This document shows, piece by piece, positions 39,403 through 49,901 of a stretch of DNA of 64,000 nt; position 1 is the first letter of the stretch, and every line of letters starts with the position of its first letter. Origin of the DNA: Bacteroidota bacterium. GTDB taxonomy: Bacteria > Bacteroidota > Bacteroidia > UBA4408. The position numbers and the translations under genes were made by a program. The notes under the pieces are model-generated. The model did no database searches and was not told the DNA's origin. It saw only the letters and a list, made by a program, of their open reading frames with translations. Location: the NCBI GenBank assembly GCA_016718805.1, contig JADKCP010000004.1:12284-76283 (forward strand). Reading direction: 5' to 3'.

Positions 39403-41979
39403 ATGAAAAAATTAATACTCTTTTTATTTATCTCTCTGAGCTCCCTCGTATCAGTTGCTCAGGTAAACATTGCTCGTTATTTGGCAGTAGGTCATATAAA
39501 CGACACTTTAAAGGTAATTGACACTACCAATTACACAGTTATTCGATCGATGAAAATGACCTGCGATTCAACAATCATTGGAGCTACAGGATTGACGCGC
39601 CATCCACAAACCGGTGTGTACTATATAATGCTCCGATTTCAAGATTTGTACAATCGCTATTTAGGAACAATTGATCCTGCGAACGGGGCAGTTACTATTA
39701 TAGGCCCTGTTGGTGATAGAATGTCGAACATTATTTTTCTACCAACCGGAACATTATTGGGAGTAACAGGCGATGGTGCATTAACACCTGAATCGCTTTT
39801 TTCTCTAAACCTTACTAGTGGAGCTCCAACATTTATTCGAGCATTAGGCGCAGGAAGCGGTGGAGAAGCGATTGGCTTTTGCTCCGACAATAATAAAGTT
39901 TTTCATCGATCAGGTATATCCAATCAGGCTTACGAAAAAATGGATACTGTACTTTACAATTTAACGCCTATTCCACAACAAGGAAATCCCGGAAACGAAA
40001 CCTTTTGCATGTTGTATGCAGGTTTTGGAAATTTTATTTCAATCGACAGAAACAACGATGTCGTAATTATTGACACCTTGGGTAACTATACATTTAAAAG
40101 CAATTTAAGTCAACCCTATAAAGGCTTGGAATATTTAAATTGTATACGAAATATAACCGGTACATTAAGTTTTTGCGCTGGTGAGTCAACTGTGCTTACT
40201 GCTACAGCAGGCGCTTCTTCGTATGCTTGGTATAAAAACGGAGTATTATTATCGGGTACTAATTCAGCTACTTTAACAGTTACATCAGCCGGAAAATACA
40301 ATTGCATTTTTACTGATTTATGTGGTGCCGACTCATTGCCTACTTCGGTAACGGTTACTCAAAAATCATTACCACTTGTAAGTTTGAGTGGTGCTGCCGA
40401 ATTTTGTGAAGGTTCAACAACCTTGTTGAGTGGAACCGGCGGTGGTACAAGTCAATGGTACAAAAATTCAATTCTTATTAATGGAGCCACTTCGACTTCT
40501 TACTTAGTTAATAGTCCTGGTCTTTACAACATGATTAAAACAAATTCAAACGGATGTAAAGATTCGGCTGCAGTTGGTATAAGTGTAACAATGAATCCAA
40601 AACCAATAATTGTGATTTCAGCTGTGCATGATGTAATTTGCAACGGAGGCAGCACTGGTGCTATTGATGTAGTAATGCAAAGTGGTACTGCTCCTTACAT
40701 CTACAATTGGTCTAATGGTACCACTTTACAAGGAGCAAGTTCACTCTCAGCTGGTAATTATATTTTGATTTGTGAAGATAGCAAGCAATGTAAGGATACT
40801 GCCAGTGCTCAGGTAAACGAAGCTCCTGCAATAACTTTGTCACTTTCATCTACCGCTGTATTATGTAATGGTGGAAACAGTGGATCTGCAACAGCTATTG
40901 CTGCTGGTGGAACAGGATTGTTGAGCTACTCTTGGTCTAATGGAAATACATTATCAACAAACACAAATTTGCCAGCCGGTATGTATTCAATTTTAGTACA
41001 GGACGACAGTTTATGCACCAAGATGGATAGCGTTGAAGTTACAGAACCTGGAATCCTATTGGCAAATTTTAATTCAACCAACGTAACCTGTAACGGTTTA
41101 AATAATGGTGCTGCCCAAGTTATTGTATCAGGTGGTACACTTCCTTATTTCTACAACTGGTCTAACGGTGGAAACTTTGATACCATTAACAATTTATCGG
41201 CTGGCTATTATATTATTACTACCGTTGATGGGAATTTATGTACATTAATTGACTCTGTTGAAATTATTGAACCTGCTGTATTACTTGCTAATTTAACTTC
41301 AACTTCAGTTACTTGTTTTGGAAATAATGATGGAGTAGCAATGGCCAATCCAAGTGGTGGAACAGGTTCTTATACTTATTTATGGTCGAGCGGAGCTACT
41401 GGTCAAACTAGCAGTAATTTAACTGCAAGTAATTACAGCGTTACGATTAGTGATGCTAATTTATGTAGCATTATAGATACTGTATCGGTACTTCAGCCAA
41501 CTTTATTGGTAATTGATACAATACAAGTTACTAATGCAAATGGTGGCTTAAACAACGGTGCTATAAACGTAATAGCTTCGGGTGGAGTTCCTCCATACAC
41601 CTACAATTGGAGCGATGGCAGTACTACTCAATCAATATCTAATCTTTCACCAGGTATTTATTTTGTTACAGTAACTGATCAAAATGGTTGTGACACTCTT
41701 AGCATAAATATTTCCTTAATAGGAGTAGGAATAAATGAATCTTCTTCTGTCGAAAATTTGCAGGTGATTCCGAATCCTTCAAATGGAGACTTTTCATTAC
41801 TAACAGAAAGTAATATGCAGTTGGATTTGTATTCAATACTAGGTGAAAAAATAACTTCTTTTAGTACAGAAAAAAATCAACCGCTCTTGATACATACACA
41901 ATTAGCAAACGGAATTTATTACCTAAAAGGCAGAAATGACGAAGAGCAGGTATTGTATAAAATTTGTATTCGTAATTAA
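39403..41979 (+). CDS. T9SS cargo with N-terminal beta-propeller, Ig-like domains and five SprB-type repeats
   Basis: Signal ending VA|Q, five C.G...G.......GG..PY.Y.WS.G repeats and CTD VIPNPS...GIYYLK. Confidence 0.85.
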   Translation: MKKLILFLFISLSSLVSVAQVNIARYLAVGHINDTLKVIDTTNYTVIRSMKMTCDSTIIGATGLTRHPQTGVYYIMLRFQDLYNRYLGTIDPANGAVTIIGPVGDRMSNIIFLPTGTLLGVTGDGALTPESLFSLNLTSGAPTFIRALGAGSGGEAIGFCSDNNKVFHRSGISNQAYEKMDTVLYNLTPIPQQGNPGNETFCMLYAGFGNFISIDRNNDVVIIDTLGNYTFKSNLSQPYKGLEYLNCIRNITGTLSFCAGESTVLTATAGASSYAWYKNGVLLSGTNSATLTVTSAGKYNCIFTDLCGADSLPTSVTVTQKSLPLVSLSGAAEFCEGSTTLLSGTGGGTSQWYKNSILINGATSTSYLVNSPGLYNMIKTNSNGCKDSAAVGISVTMNPKPIIVISAVHDVICNGGSTGAIDVVMQSGTAPYIYNWSNGTTLQGASSLSAGNYILICEDSKQCKDTASAQVNEAPAITLSLSSTAVLCNGGNSGSATAIAAGGTGLLSYSWSNGNTLSTNTNLPAGMYSILVQDDSLCTKMDSVEVTEPGILLANFNSTNVTCNGLNNGAAQVIVSGGTLPYFYNWSNGGNFDTINNLSAGYYIITTVDGNLCTLIDSVEIIEPAVLLANLTSTSVTCFGNNDGVAMANPSGGTGSYTYLWSSGATGQTSSNLTASNYSVTISDANLCSIIDTVSVLQPTLLVIDTIQVTNANGGLNNGAINVIASGGVPPYTYNWSDGSTTQSISNLSPGIYFVTVTDQNGCDTLSINISLIGVGINESSSVENLQVIPNPSNGDFSLLTESNMQLDLYSILGEKITSFSTEKNQPLLIHTQLANGIYYLKGRNDEEQVLYKICIRN

Positions 41980-42000
41980 ATAGCCAATTTATTTAAAGAG

Positions 42001-42037
42001 AGAGGATCTGGAAATTATTCCGGATCTTCTTTTTTTG
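42001..42037 (+). terminator. Intrinsic terminator after the SprB-repeat gene
   Basis: 13-bp stem AGAGGATCTGGAA / TTCCGGATCTTCT (two G-U pairs) followed by a T-run. Confidence 0.85.
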
Positions 42038-42046
42038 TAACCCATT

Positions 42047-42083
42047 AAAAACTGAAACGCCTCGCATTACTGCAAGGCGTTTC
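42047..42083 (-). terminator. Terminator at the end of the dcw/yqeY transcript
   Basis: Stem GAAACGCCT / AGGCGTTTC with an inner GCA/TGC pair, followed by AGTTTTT on the minus strand. Confidence 0.7.
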
Positions 42084-42105
42084 TCCCCTTAAACTAAGTA
42101 AACCA

Positions 42106-42549
42106 CTACTTACTCAACAGCTCTTTAACAATGGCACTCACAATTTTGCCATCGGCTTTTCCTGCAAACTGTTTGCTGGCAACACCCATTACTTTTCCTA
42201 AATCGGCGGGTGATGCTGCTCCCAGGTTGTTTATAATTATTGAAATTTCACTTCGTAATTCGTCTTCACTCATTTGCTTTGGCAAATAATTTTCGATTAC
42301 TGCCGCTTGTGCTAATTCTACATCAGCTAAGTCTTTTCGATTTTGAGTTGTGTACACTTCTGCTGTTTCCTTACGCTGTTTCACCATCTTATTGAGCGCT
42401 TTCATTTCGCTTTCGGAAGTGAGTCCTTCAGGTGAAGTTTTTAATAAAAGTATGGCCGATTTTACTGCACGCAATGCTTCCAATTTTGCAGCTTCTTTGG
42501 CTAGCATTGCTGCTTTTATGTCGGCATTAATTTGTTCTTCTAAAGTCAT
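42106..42549 (-). CDS. GatB/YqeY domain protein
   Basis: IKAAMLAK...LRAVKS, KQRKE, E..VIE.YLPKQMSE and GKVMG...GKADGK. Confidence 0.92.
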   Translation of the reverse strand: MTLEEQINADIKAAMLAKEAAKLEALRAVKSAILLLKTSPEGLTSESEMKALNKMVKQRKETAEVYTTQNRKDLADVELAQAAVIENYLPKQMSEDELRSEISIIINNLGAASPADLGKVMGVASKQFAGKADGKIVSAIVKELLSK

Positions 42550-42564
42550 TTGATTTACGAATAT

Positions 42565-44109
42565 TTAATCAACGTTATCGTGTAAAAAAGAATTGTTAGG
42601 CTTTATCTCAGCTGACGACTTATCCTCAGCAGCCGATAAAGTAAATCGAGAAACATTTGAATCGCTTGAGTGAGGCACGTTTGATAAAGTGATGTTTTTT
42701 CGCAAGTAGGCTGGTTGACTTTCCATTTCACTTAATCCACCGGGAGTTTTAAACTTATGACTTAAATTTTTCAAACGGTTTACTCTATCATTTGCCAATC
42801 GCATACGATCGTCGGCCGGGATTGTACTTTCAAACCTCTCTTCAACTTTTTTAGTAATAATAAAAGGCTCATCAACCTTTTCATCATTTGAATTGCTTGC
42901 AGCAGAAGTAACTTCAAATTCGAAGCTTAGATTTGCGTTTTCGTTGCTAGAAGCAACAGCAGTGCTTTCTTCCAATTCTTCCAATTCTTCCAACTGATGA
43001 ACAATTGGCTGTTGAACTGAGTTAGTTTCAACACGAACTTCAGTAGTCTTTTCTATTGTTGTTGTTGGAAGTATATCTCCATCTAACTTGTATTTTGTTA
43101 CTTCAACTTTTTTAGGAATATCGTAACCCAAATCGCTTTTCTTTTTGAAACCAGTAGCTATAATTGTTACGTTTACTCTATCTCCCAATGTTTCATCAAC
43201 TCCATAACCTTGAATTACCTCGGCTGTTTGTCCGGCAGCTTCCTGAATATAATCGGCAATTTCGCCAAATTCATCCATGGTAATTTCTTCGGTACCACAA
43301 GTAATATTTAACAATACATAATTGGCACCTTTAATATTTCCATCGTTCAATAATGGTGATGCCAATGCTTGCTCAACTGCATTGATGGCTCTGTTCTCGC
43401 CGGTTGCGGATGCCGATCCCATAATCGCTCTTCCACTATCTTTTAAAACAGTTTGAATATCTGCAAAATCGGTATTAATGTGTAAGGTAGTTGTGATTAT
43501 ATCGGCAATTCCTTTCGCTGCTGTACTTAAAATATTATCCGCATGACTAAATGCCTCTCCCATTTTTAAGTTACCATATATTTCGCGTAACTTGTCGTTA
43601 TTGATAATAAGCAAGGTGTCTACATTTTTCTCCAATTCTTCCAAACCTGCTTCTGCTTGTTGCTTACGCTTTCTTCCTTCTAATGCAAATGGTACAGTAA
43701 CAATACCAACGGTAAGAATTCCCATTTCTTTGGCTGTACCTGCAATTACAGGAGCTGCACCGGTTCCGGTTCCTCCACCCATACCCGCAGTTACGAAAAC
43801 CATTTTGGTGGTACTTCCTAATATTTCTTTAATTTCTTCAATATTTTCAATTGCTGCATTTTTTCCAACTTCGGGTTGAGAACCTGCACCGCGTCCTTCT
43901 GTTAATGTTGCTCCCAATTGAACCTTGCACGAAACCGGACTGATATCAAGCGCTTGTTGATCGGTGTTGCAAACCATAAAGTCTACTCCCTTTATTCCCA
44001 TACGATACATGTGGTTTACAGCGTTGCTGCCACCTCCACCTACTCCTATTACTTTAATAATTGAGGAGTTGTCTTTTGGTAAGTCGAATTTCATCATTTC
44101 GTTTTGCAT
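42565..44109 (-). CDS. ftsZ: Cell division protein FtsZ
   Basis: IKVIGVGGGGSNAV, tubulin signature GMGGGTGTG, long acidic linker and C-terminal PAYLR. Confidence 0.98.
   Translation of the reverse strand: MQNEMMKFDLPKDNSSIIKVIGVGGGGSNAVNHMYRMGIKGVDFMVCNTDQQALDISPVSCKVQLGATLTEGRGAGSQPEVGKNAAIENIEEIKEILGSTTKMVFVTAGMGGGTGTGAAPVIAGTAKEMGILTVGIVTVPFALEGRKRKQQAEAGLEELEKNVDTLLIINNDKLREIYGNLKMGEAFSHADNILSTAAKGIADIITTTLHINTDFADIQTVLKDSGRAIMGSASATGENRAINAVEQALASPLLNDGNIKGANYVLLNITCGTEEITMDEFGEIADYIQEAAGQTAEVIQGYGVDETLGDRVNVTIIATGFKKKSDLGYDIPKKVEVTKYKLDGDILPTTTIEKTTEVRVETNSVQQPIVHQLEELEELEESTAVASSNENANLSFEFEVTSAASNSNDEKVDEPFIITKKVEERFESTIPADDRMRLANDRVNRLKNLSHKFKTPGGLSEMESQPAYLRKNITLSNVPHSSDSNVSRFTLSAAEDKSSAEIKPNNSFLHDNVD
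42967..42993. repeat. 9-bp tandem repeat x3 in the FtsZ linker
   Basis: TTCTTCCAA x3, encoding LEE-LEE-LEE. Confidence 0.85.
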
Positions 44110-44133
44110 TTTAATTTAGTTTACTAGTGGTTA

Positions 44134-45438
44134 CTATTGAATATCTTCATCAAAAATTCCTTTTGCTTTATTCAGCAAATTGTCAAAAAAACTGCCTTTC
44201 TTTTTTACTGAATGGTCTTTTATTTCTGTATGTGTTGGAGCTGGTGGTGCATCATTGGTAGTTGTATCAGTTGCTTCTTCAACTGGACTAGCAGTAGCCA
44301 GCCCTCGTATTACCAATCCAACTCCGGTTGCATACATTGGGCTAGTAACATCTTCAAGACCTTTGCTCAAGTGTTCGTTAGGATAACCAACACGTGCATC
44401 CATTCCTGTTATATACTCCATTAATTGAGTGATGTGTTTAAGCTGAGCTCCACCACCGGTAATAACAATTCCAGCTATTAACTTCTTTTCGTAACCAGAG
44501 TTTTTTATTTCGTAATAGATGTGTTCAATAATTTCCTCCATGCGAGCTTCAATGATGCTCGCCAAATTTTTTAACGAAATTTCTTTAGGCTCACGACCTC
44601 TTAAACCTGGAATACTTACAATTTCATTATCGAGATTTTCGCTGGCAAGCGCAGAGCCAAATTTTATCTTCAATAATTCGGCTTGATTTTTTATGATGGT
44701 GCATCCCTCTTTGATATCCTCCGTAATAACATTTCCACCAAAAGGAATTACTGCAGTATGGCGAATTATTCCCTCATGAAAAATTGCAATATCGGTTGTA
44801 CCACCTCCAACATCCACCAATACTACTCCAGCCTCTTTCTCTTCATTACTCAATACTGCATCCGCAGAGGCAAGTGGTTCAAGCATTACTTCTTTTGTAG
44901 TTAATCCTGCCTTTGTAACACATTTAATAAGGTTATGAATTGCGGCAACCTGTCCGGTTATGATGTGAAAATTAGCTTCTAATCTTTTTCCAGCCATTCC
45001 AATCGGATCCTTTATGCCCATCTCATTATCCACGATATATTCTTGTGGAAGTACGTGAATAATTTCCTCGCCCGGTAGCATCGCCAATTTGTACATATCT
45101 TCAATTAAGGCATCTACATCTTTCTGACTAATTTCTTCTTCCAAACTATTGCGCATTCGAATACCTCGATGCTGCAAACTTTTTATGTGTTGACCGGCAA
45201 TTCCAACATGTACTTCATTGATAGTAATACCGGATTTACTCTGAGCTTCTTCAACAGCTACTTTTATCGATTGAACAGTTTTTTCAATATTCGAAACAAC
45301 GCCTCTTGAAACGCCAACTGATTCGGTCTTTCCAAGACCAAGAATCTCAATTTTACCAAATTCATTTTTACGCCCAACGAGCGCAACAATTTTTGTGGTA
45401 CCTATATCTAATCCTACAACTATATCGCTGTTTTTCAT
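44134..45438 (-). CDS. ftsA: Cell division protein FtsA
   Basis: GLDIGTTKI, VHVGIAGQHI, LEPLASA, DVGGGTTD and GIVITGGGAQL. Confidence 0.97.
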   Translation of the reverse strand: MKNSDIVVGLDIGTTKIVALVGRKNEFGKIEILGLGKTESVGVSRGVVSNIEKTVQSIKVAVEEAQSKSGITINEVHVGIAGQHIKSLQHRGIRMRNSLEEEISQKDVDALIEDMYKLAMLPGEEIIHVLPQEYIVDNEMGIKDPIGMAGKRLEANFHIITGQVAAIHNLIKCVTKAGLTTKEVMLEPLASADAVLSNEEKEAGVVLVDVGGGTTDIAIFHEGIIRHTAVIPFGGNVITEDIKEGCTIIKNQAELLKIKFGSALASENLDNEIVSIPGLRGREPKEISLKNLASIIEARMEEIIEHIYYEIKNSGYEKKLIAGIVITGGGAQLKHITQLMEYITGMDARVGYPNEHLSKGLEDVTSPMYATGVGLVIRGLATASPVEEATDTTTNDAPPAPTHTEIKDHSVKKKGSFFDNLLNKAKGIFDEDIQ

Positions 45439-45443
45439 TCTAG

Positions 45444-46238
45444 TTATTTTTTGCAAACAACATTATTTTCGAATTTCAGGTTTATTTCAGAATAGGTATT
45501 CCAACCTACTTTGCTTAATCCGCGTGTATAAAAAATGTACAGCTTCTTAAATTTCTTATCTATATCCTGTGTATCTCCGAAAATAATTTTGTGCTTGCCA
45601 ATCGATGGTATCAACTCAATATCAGCACCAACAGTAATTTGCTGAATTTGAGCTTTCCAAAATTCGTTTGAATCAATATATTTCGCAAGGCAATAAAGAC
45701 CAAATAGCTTGTTTTTTTTCAACAGCGAATCGTTAATATCCTGCGATGAAAAATCAAGCAAATTATTGCTTACAAATCGTTCATAAATTTCTCCTGTAAT
45801 TACTGGTACGCGTGCAGTATAGTTCGGCGACCATAACATTAATTTCCCGTTTGAATCTATGTAATAGCTTTCACCTCCAGCGGTAATTACTCGTGCAATG
45901 GGTCTTTTTTGTGTAATATTCACGGTAAGGTCACCGGCAATATTTTCAAAAACCTCGGCATTTGAAATGGCCGGATGGGTATTAAATACTTTCTCCAATT
46001 TATTGATATCAATACTTGCTAATGTTTGTCCATTTAGCTTATCCCTGTTTTCGAGCGCCATTTGAAGAATATCGGCTTTGCTCACAAATTCGTTATCGTC
46101 AGTTTCATCAATGTTTATTTCAACAGAAGAGCAGGTTAGGCGGTTGTGTTCCTTTTTTACAAAACCAAGCAATACAACTGTTACAGCAAGTATTGTTATC
46201 CAACTGAAAACTATAAGTACTTTTTTTATCGACTTCAT
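45444..46238 (-). CDS. ftsQ: Cell division protein FtsQ/DivIB
   Basis: Single N-terminal TM, POTRA-like region (HPAISNAEVF), position between murC and ftsA, and C-terminal INLKFENNVVC. Confidence 0.88.
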   Translation of the reverse strand: MKSIKKVLIVFSWITILAVTVVLLGFVKKEHNRLTCSSVEINIDETDDNEFVSKADILQMALENRDKLNGQTLASIDINKLEKVFNTHPAISNAEVFENIAGDLTVNITQKRPIARVITAGGESYYIDSNGKLMLWSPNYTARVPVITGEIYERFVSNNLLDFSSQDINDSLLKKNKLFGLYCLAKYIDSNEFWKAQIQQITVGADIELIPSIGKHKIIFGDTQDIDKKFKKLYIFYTRGLSKVGWNTYSEINLKFENNVVCKK

Positions 46239-47638
46239 GCTTTCAAATTATATTTTTTTAGTAATGCAATTTCAATAGGTTCAACACATTTATCAATATC
46301 GCCGGCACCCAGCGCTAATATTACATCGGGTGATTTTTGAATAATTGTTTCAACTAAATTTTCTTTACTACAAAGCAATTTATTGTTTGATTGCATGCGC
46401 TGTAACAACATTGCTGAATTCACATTCGGAATGGGTAATTCACGAGCCGGATATATTTCAAGTAAGATGGTGTCGTCTAACAAATCCAAACTTCGGGCAA
46501 ATTCATCTGCAAAATCGCGGGTGCGCGAAAATAAATGCGGTTGAAAAATTCCAAGAATTTTTTTCTGAGGATAAAGTTCCTTCACTGAATTAATACATGC
46601 TTTCAACTCTTCGGGATGATGTGCATAGTCATCAATAAATACAAGCTGTTCTGATTTTATTCGATAATCAAACCTCCGCTTTACTCCACGAAAACTTGCC
46701 AATGCTTGCTTTATTTCTGAAGCAGTAACACTGAATATCTGTGCAGCTGCTACAGCTGCAATTGCGTTTTCTGTATTGTGCTGTCCGGGAAATGAAAAGT
46801 ACAATCCATCAATTGACTCAATTTTACTTTCCAAATCAAACGAATAACTTCCATTATCAATGCGCAAGTTCTTTGCAAAAAAGTCAGCTTGTTGTTGCAA
46901 TGAATAGGTGTATTTTGTAACACCTGTAGAAACAGGAAAATCACTTTCAAGCCCAATTTTAGAAATTAAAAATCCTCCGGATTTAATTTGATTTGAAAAA
47001 AGTTCGAAAGATTGTTTTAAAAATTTATGCTCTGAATATATATCCAAATGGTCAGCATCAATGGAAGTAATAATGGCAATGTCAGGATGTAGTGTCAAAA
47101 AAGAACGGTCATATTCATCCGCTTCAACAACTGTTGGTCCTGGTCCATTTAGTTGTTGAGAAAGTAAAAAATTGGAATTGTAATTCCGTGTTATTCCTCC
47201 CAAAAATGCACTACAATCTTTGTTGGCTGACTTTAGGATATGCGCCAAAATACTTGATGTTGTTGTCTTTCCATGTGTTCCAGCAACAGCCAATGTAAAA
47301 GTATTTTGAGTAATGATTCCCAAAACTTCCGAACGTTTTTTTAGTGAATAACCTTCGTTGATAAAATAATTATATTCTGAATGATCCTTGGGAACTGCCG
47401 GTGTGTAAATGACTAAAACTTTTTCCTTAGCCGTTGATTGTAACCCTTTAAAAAAAGCAATCGAATCGTCAAAATGTACGCGAATTCCTTCTTTTTGCAA
47501 TTCATCGGTTAAGGAAGTAGGTGTTTTGTCGTAGCCACAAACTTCCATATTCAGAGTTTTAAAATAACGCGCAAGTGCACTCATACCGATGCCTCCGATT
47601 CCTAAAAAATAAATTGTTTTAAGGGCGTTAAAATCCAT
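46235..47638 (-). CDS. murC: UDP-N-acetylmuramate--L-alanine ligase
   Basis: FLGIGGIGMSALA, AGTHGKTTT, EADEYDRSF, GVKRRF, DDYAHHP and FQPHLFSRT. Confidence 0.97.
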   Translation of the reverse strand: MDFNALKTIYFLGIGGIGMSALARYFKTLNMEVCGYDKTPTSLTDELQKEGIRVHFDDSIAFFKGLQSTAKEKVLVIYTPAVPKDHSEYNYFINEGYSLKKRSEVLGIITQNTFTLAVAGTHGKTTTSSILAHILKSANKDCSAFLGGITRNYNSNFLLSQQLNGPGPTVVEADEYDRSFLTLHPDIAIITSIDADHLDIYSEHKFLKQSFELFSNQIKSGGFLISKIGLESDFPVSTGVTKYTYSLQQQADFFAKNLRIDNGSYSFDLESKIESIDGLYFSFPGQHNTENAIAAVAAAQIFSVTASEIKQALASFRGVKRRFDYRIKSEQLVFIDDYAHHPEELKACINSVKELYPQKKILGIFQPHLFSRTRDFADEFARSLDLLDDTILLEIYPARELPIPNVNSAMLLQRMQSNNKLLCSKENLVETIIQKSPDVILALGAGDIDKCVEPIEIALLKKYNLKA

Positions 47639-47642
47639 TGAT

Positions 47643-48743
47643 TTAGTTTGAATTTGCAATACTTGCTACTTCACTTGCTATAACTTCAGCTGCATCTCTA
47701 AAGGCCAGTTTCAAAATGTTTTCTTCCAACTTCTTGCGCTTATCATCATTTGCTAATAAATCAAAAAGTGTAGATGGTAAATTTTCACTAACATCTGCAT
47801 CCTTAATCAATATAGCAGCATGATGTGTTACCAAAGCTTGTGCATTACTTGTTTGGTGATCTTCAGCAGCAAAAGGATAAGGTATTAAAATAGCTGCCTT
47901 ATCAACAACACACAACTCTGAAACCGAACTTGCTCCGGCTCGCGAAACCACAACATCAGCAACCGCGTAAGCATAATCCATTTTAGATATAAAATCGTGC
48001 ACCCGTATAGTACAGTTGGTATAATCAGCTGCTGCCTTATCAGCCACTGCCTTAAATGTTGTACCCGTTTGCCAAATCAATTGAACCTTGTTTTTTTCAA
48101 ATTCTGGAAGGAAACTTTTGATGGCTTCGTTAATACTCCTCGCCCCTAAACTTCCACCAATTACAAGCACAGTTTTTTTACTTGCTTCCAATCCAAAAAA
48201 TTCCATTCCACGCTCTCTTTTTCCTGCCAGGTTTTTAATATCCTGACGTACGGGATTACCTGTGAGAATAATTTTTTCCTTTGGAAAATATTTTTCCATT
48301 CCATCGTAAGCAACACAAATACGTTTTGCTTTTTTTGCCAAAAATTTATTGGTAATTCCAGGATAAGAATTTTGTTCTTGAATTAATGCCGGAATACCCA
48401 TTTTTGTAGCGGCATATAACAAAGGTCCGCTTGCAAATCCACCCACTCCTACTACAACATTGGGTTTAAATTCACGAATTATAGTTTTGGATTTTCGAAC
48501 ACTCGAAAATAATTTAAATGGAAATGAAAGATTTTTTAAAATCGATTTGCGTTGTAATCCGCTTATATTTAAACCAACAATTTTATACCCGGCTGCAGGA
48601 ACTTTTTCCATTTCCATCTTACCTTCTGCTCCCACAAATAATATTTCAACTCGATTGTATTTTTCCTTTAAAGCATTCGCTATAGCAATGGCCGGAAAAA
48701 TATGTCCGCCGGTTCCTCCACCGCTTATAATTACCTTAAGCAT
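47643..48743 (-). CDS. murG: UDP-GlcNAc:lipid I GlcNAc transferase
   Basis: GGGTGGHIFP, GVGGFASGP, QEQNSYPG, GNPVR, GGSLGA and EDHQTSNA. Confidence 0.97.
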   Translation of the reverse strand: MLKVIISGGGTGGHIFPAIAIANALKEKYNRVEILFVGAEGKMEMEKVPAAGYKIVGLNISGLQRKSILKNLSFPFKLFSSVRKSKTIIREFKPNVVVGVGGFASGPLLYAATKMGIPALIQEQNSYPGITNKFLAKKAKRICVAYDGMEKYFPKEKIILTGNPVRQDIKNLAGKRERGMEFFGLEASKKTVLVIGGSLGARSINEAIKSFLPEFEKNKVQLIWQTGTTFKAVADKAAADYTNCTIRVHDFISKMDYAYAVADVVVSRAGASSVSELCVVDKAAILIPYPFAAEDHQTSNAQALVTHHAAILIKDADVSENLPSTLFDLLANDDKRKKLEENILKLAFRDAAEVIASEVASIANSN

Positions 48744-49890
48744 GCGCAGGTTCTCCTTTCGTTTCTGCTTCGATTTCGCGACTTACACTTAACATGATAC
48801 CTATGGCGATACTCGAAAAAATTACGGATGTTCCTCCAGCGCTAACCATGGGTAAGGGTTGACCAGTGACGGGAAATAAGTGAACTGCTACTCCCATATT
48901 TATCATGGCTTGAAATACCAACATAAAACACAAACCTATTGACAATAAACTTCCAAAAGTCTTTGGACTTTTGGTTGCAATTCGTGTAGCCCGGAAGAGC
49001 AAAATCATGTATAAAAAAATAACCAAAAACCCGCCAAGTATTGAACCATATTCTTCAATAATAATTGCGTAGATAAAATCGGATGATGCTTGCGGTAAAA
49101 AATTTCGTTGTGTACTTTTCCCGGGGCCTTTACCAATTGGTCCACCGGTTGCTATTGCAATCATTGCTTGCTCGGCCTGGTAATTTTCATCACTGTCTCC
49201 GCTAACAAAACTTTCTAATCGAGTTTTCCAAGTTTCAACACGATTATTAATATGCGGAAAAGTAAAAACAAGGAGTATAAACAATCCCAGAAACACAATT
49301 CCACTTGCAACTAAAAGTAAAATATATTTAATGTTTACTCTACCAATAAACATCAGTACCAAACAGGTAACAAACAAGACTGCAGCGGTAGAAAAATTAG
49401 CCGGTAGTATTAAACCGCAAATAATTAAAATTGGTGCAACAATCGGAACAAACGCTTCTTTAAAATCCTTTATTTGATCCTGTTTCATTGAAAGCAACCT
49501 GGCAACATATACAACCAATGCCAACTTAGCAAAATCGCTTGTTTGAAATGTAAATCCAATTCCGGGAATTGCAATCCATCTACTTGCCTCACCGGCACTA
49601 ACTCCTTTTACCAAAGTAAAAAGCAATAATGGCGCTGCAAGAAACACCGCTATTTGAGAGCCTCTTGAATAATAAGTGTATTTAATTAAATGCGTAAAAT
49701 AAATGCAGAGTAGCGATAAAGCAACAAAACCAATTTGCTTAAAAAGAAAAAACTCGGTATTTCCTCCTTTGTATTTATAGGCTAAAGTTCCGGAAGCACT
49801 GTAAACAACCAATACCGAAAATATGGAGAGCATTACAGCTACTACCCATATTACTTTATCACCGCTTAATTTACTTAAAACTTTGTTCAC
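48736..49890 (-). CDS. ftsW: SEDS peptidoglycan polymerase FtsW
   Basis: ASRWI, FQTSDFAK, SDFIYAIIIEEYG and GQPLPMVSAGGTS. Confidence 0.93.
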   Translation of the reverse strand: MNKVLSKLSGDKVIWVVAVMLSIFSVLVVYSASGTLAYKYKGGNTEFFLFKQIGFVALSLLCIYFTHLIKYTYYSRGSQIAVFLAAPLLLFTLVKGVSAGEASRWIAIPGIGFTFQTSDFAKLALVVYVARLLSMKQDQIKDFKEAFVPIVAPILIICGLILPANFSTAAVLFVTCLVLMFIGRVNIKYILLLVASGIVFLGLFILLVFTFPHINNRVETWKTRLESFVSGDSDENYQAEQAMIAIATGGPIGKGPGKSTQRNFLPQASSDFIYAIIIEEYGSILGGFLVIFLYMILLFRATRIATKSPKTFGSLLSIGLCFMLVFQAMINMGVAVHLFPVTGQPLPMVSAGGTSVIFSSIAIGIMLSVSREIEAETKGEPAHA

Positions 49891-49901
49891 TTTTAGTTGA
49901 A

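Noticed and set aside
42565-43150. Long acidic FtsZ linker with LEE x3 repeat
   Set aside because: FtsZ linkers are disordered and variable, and the repeat is in frame, so there is no switching potential.
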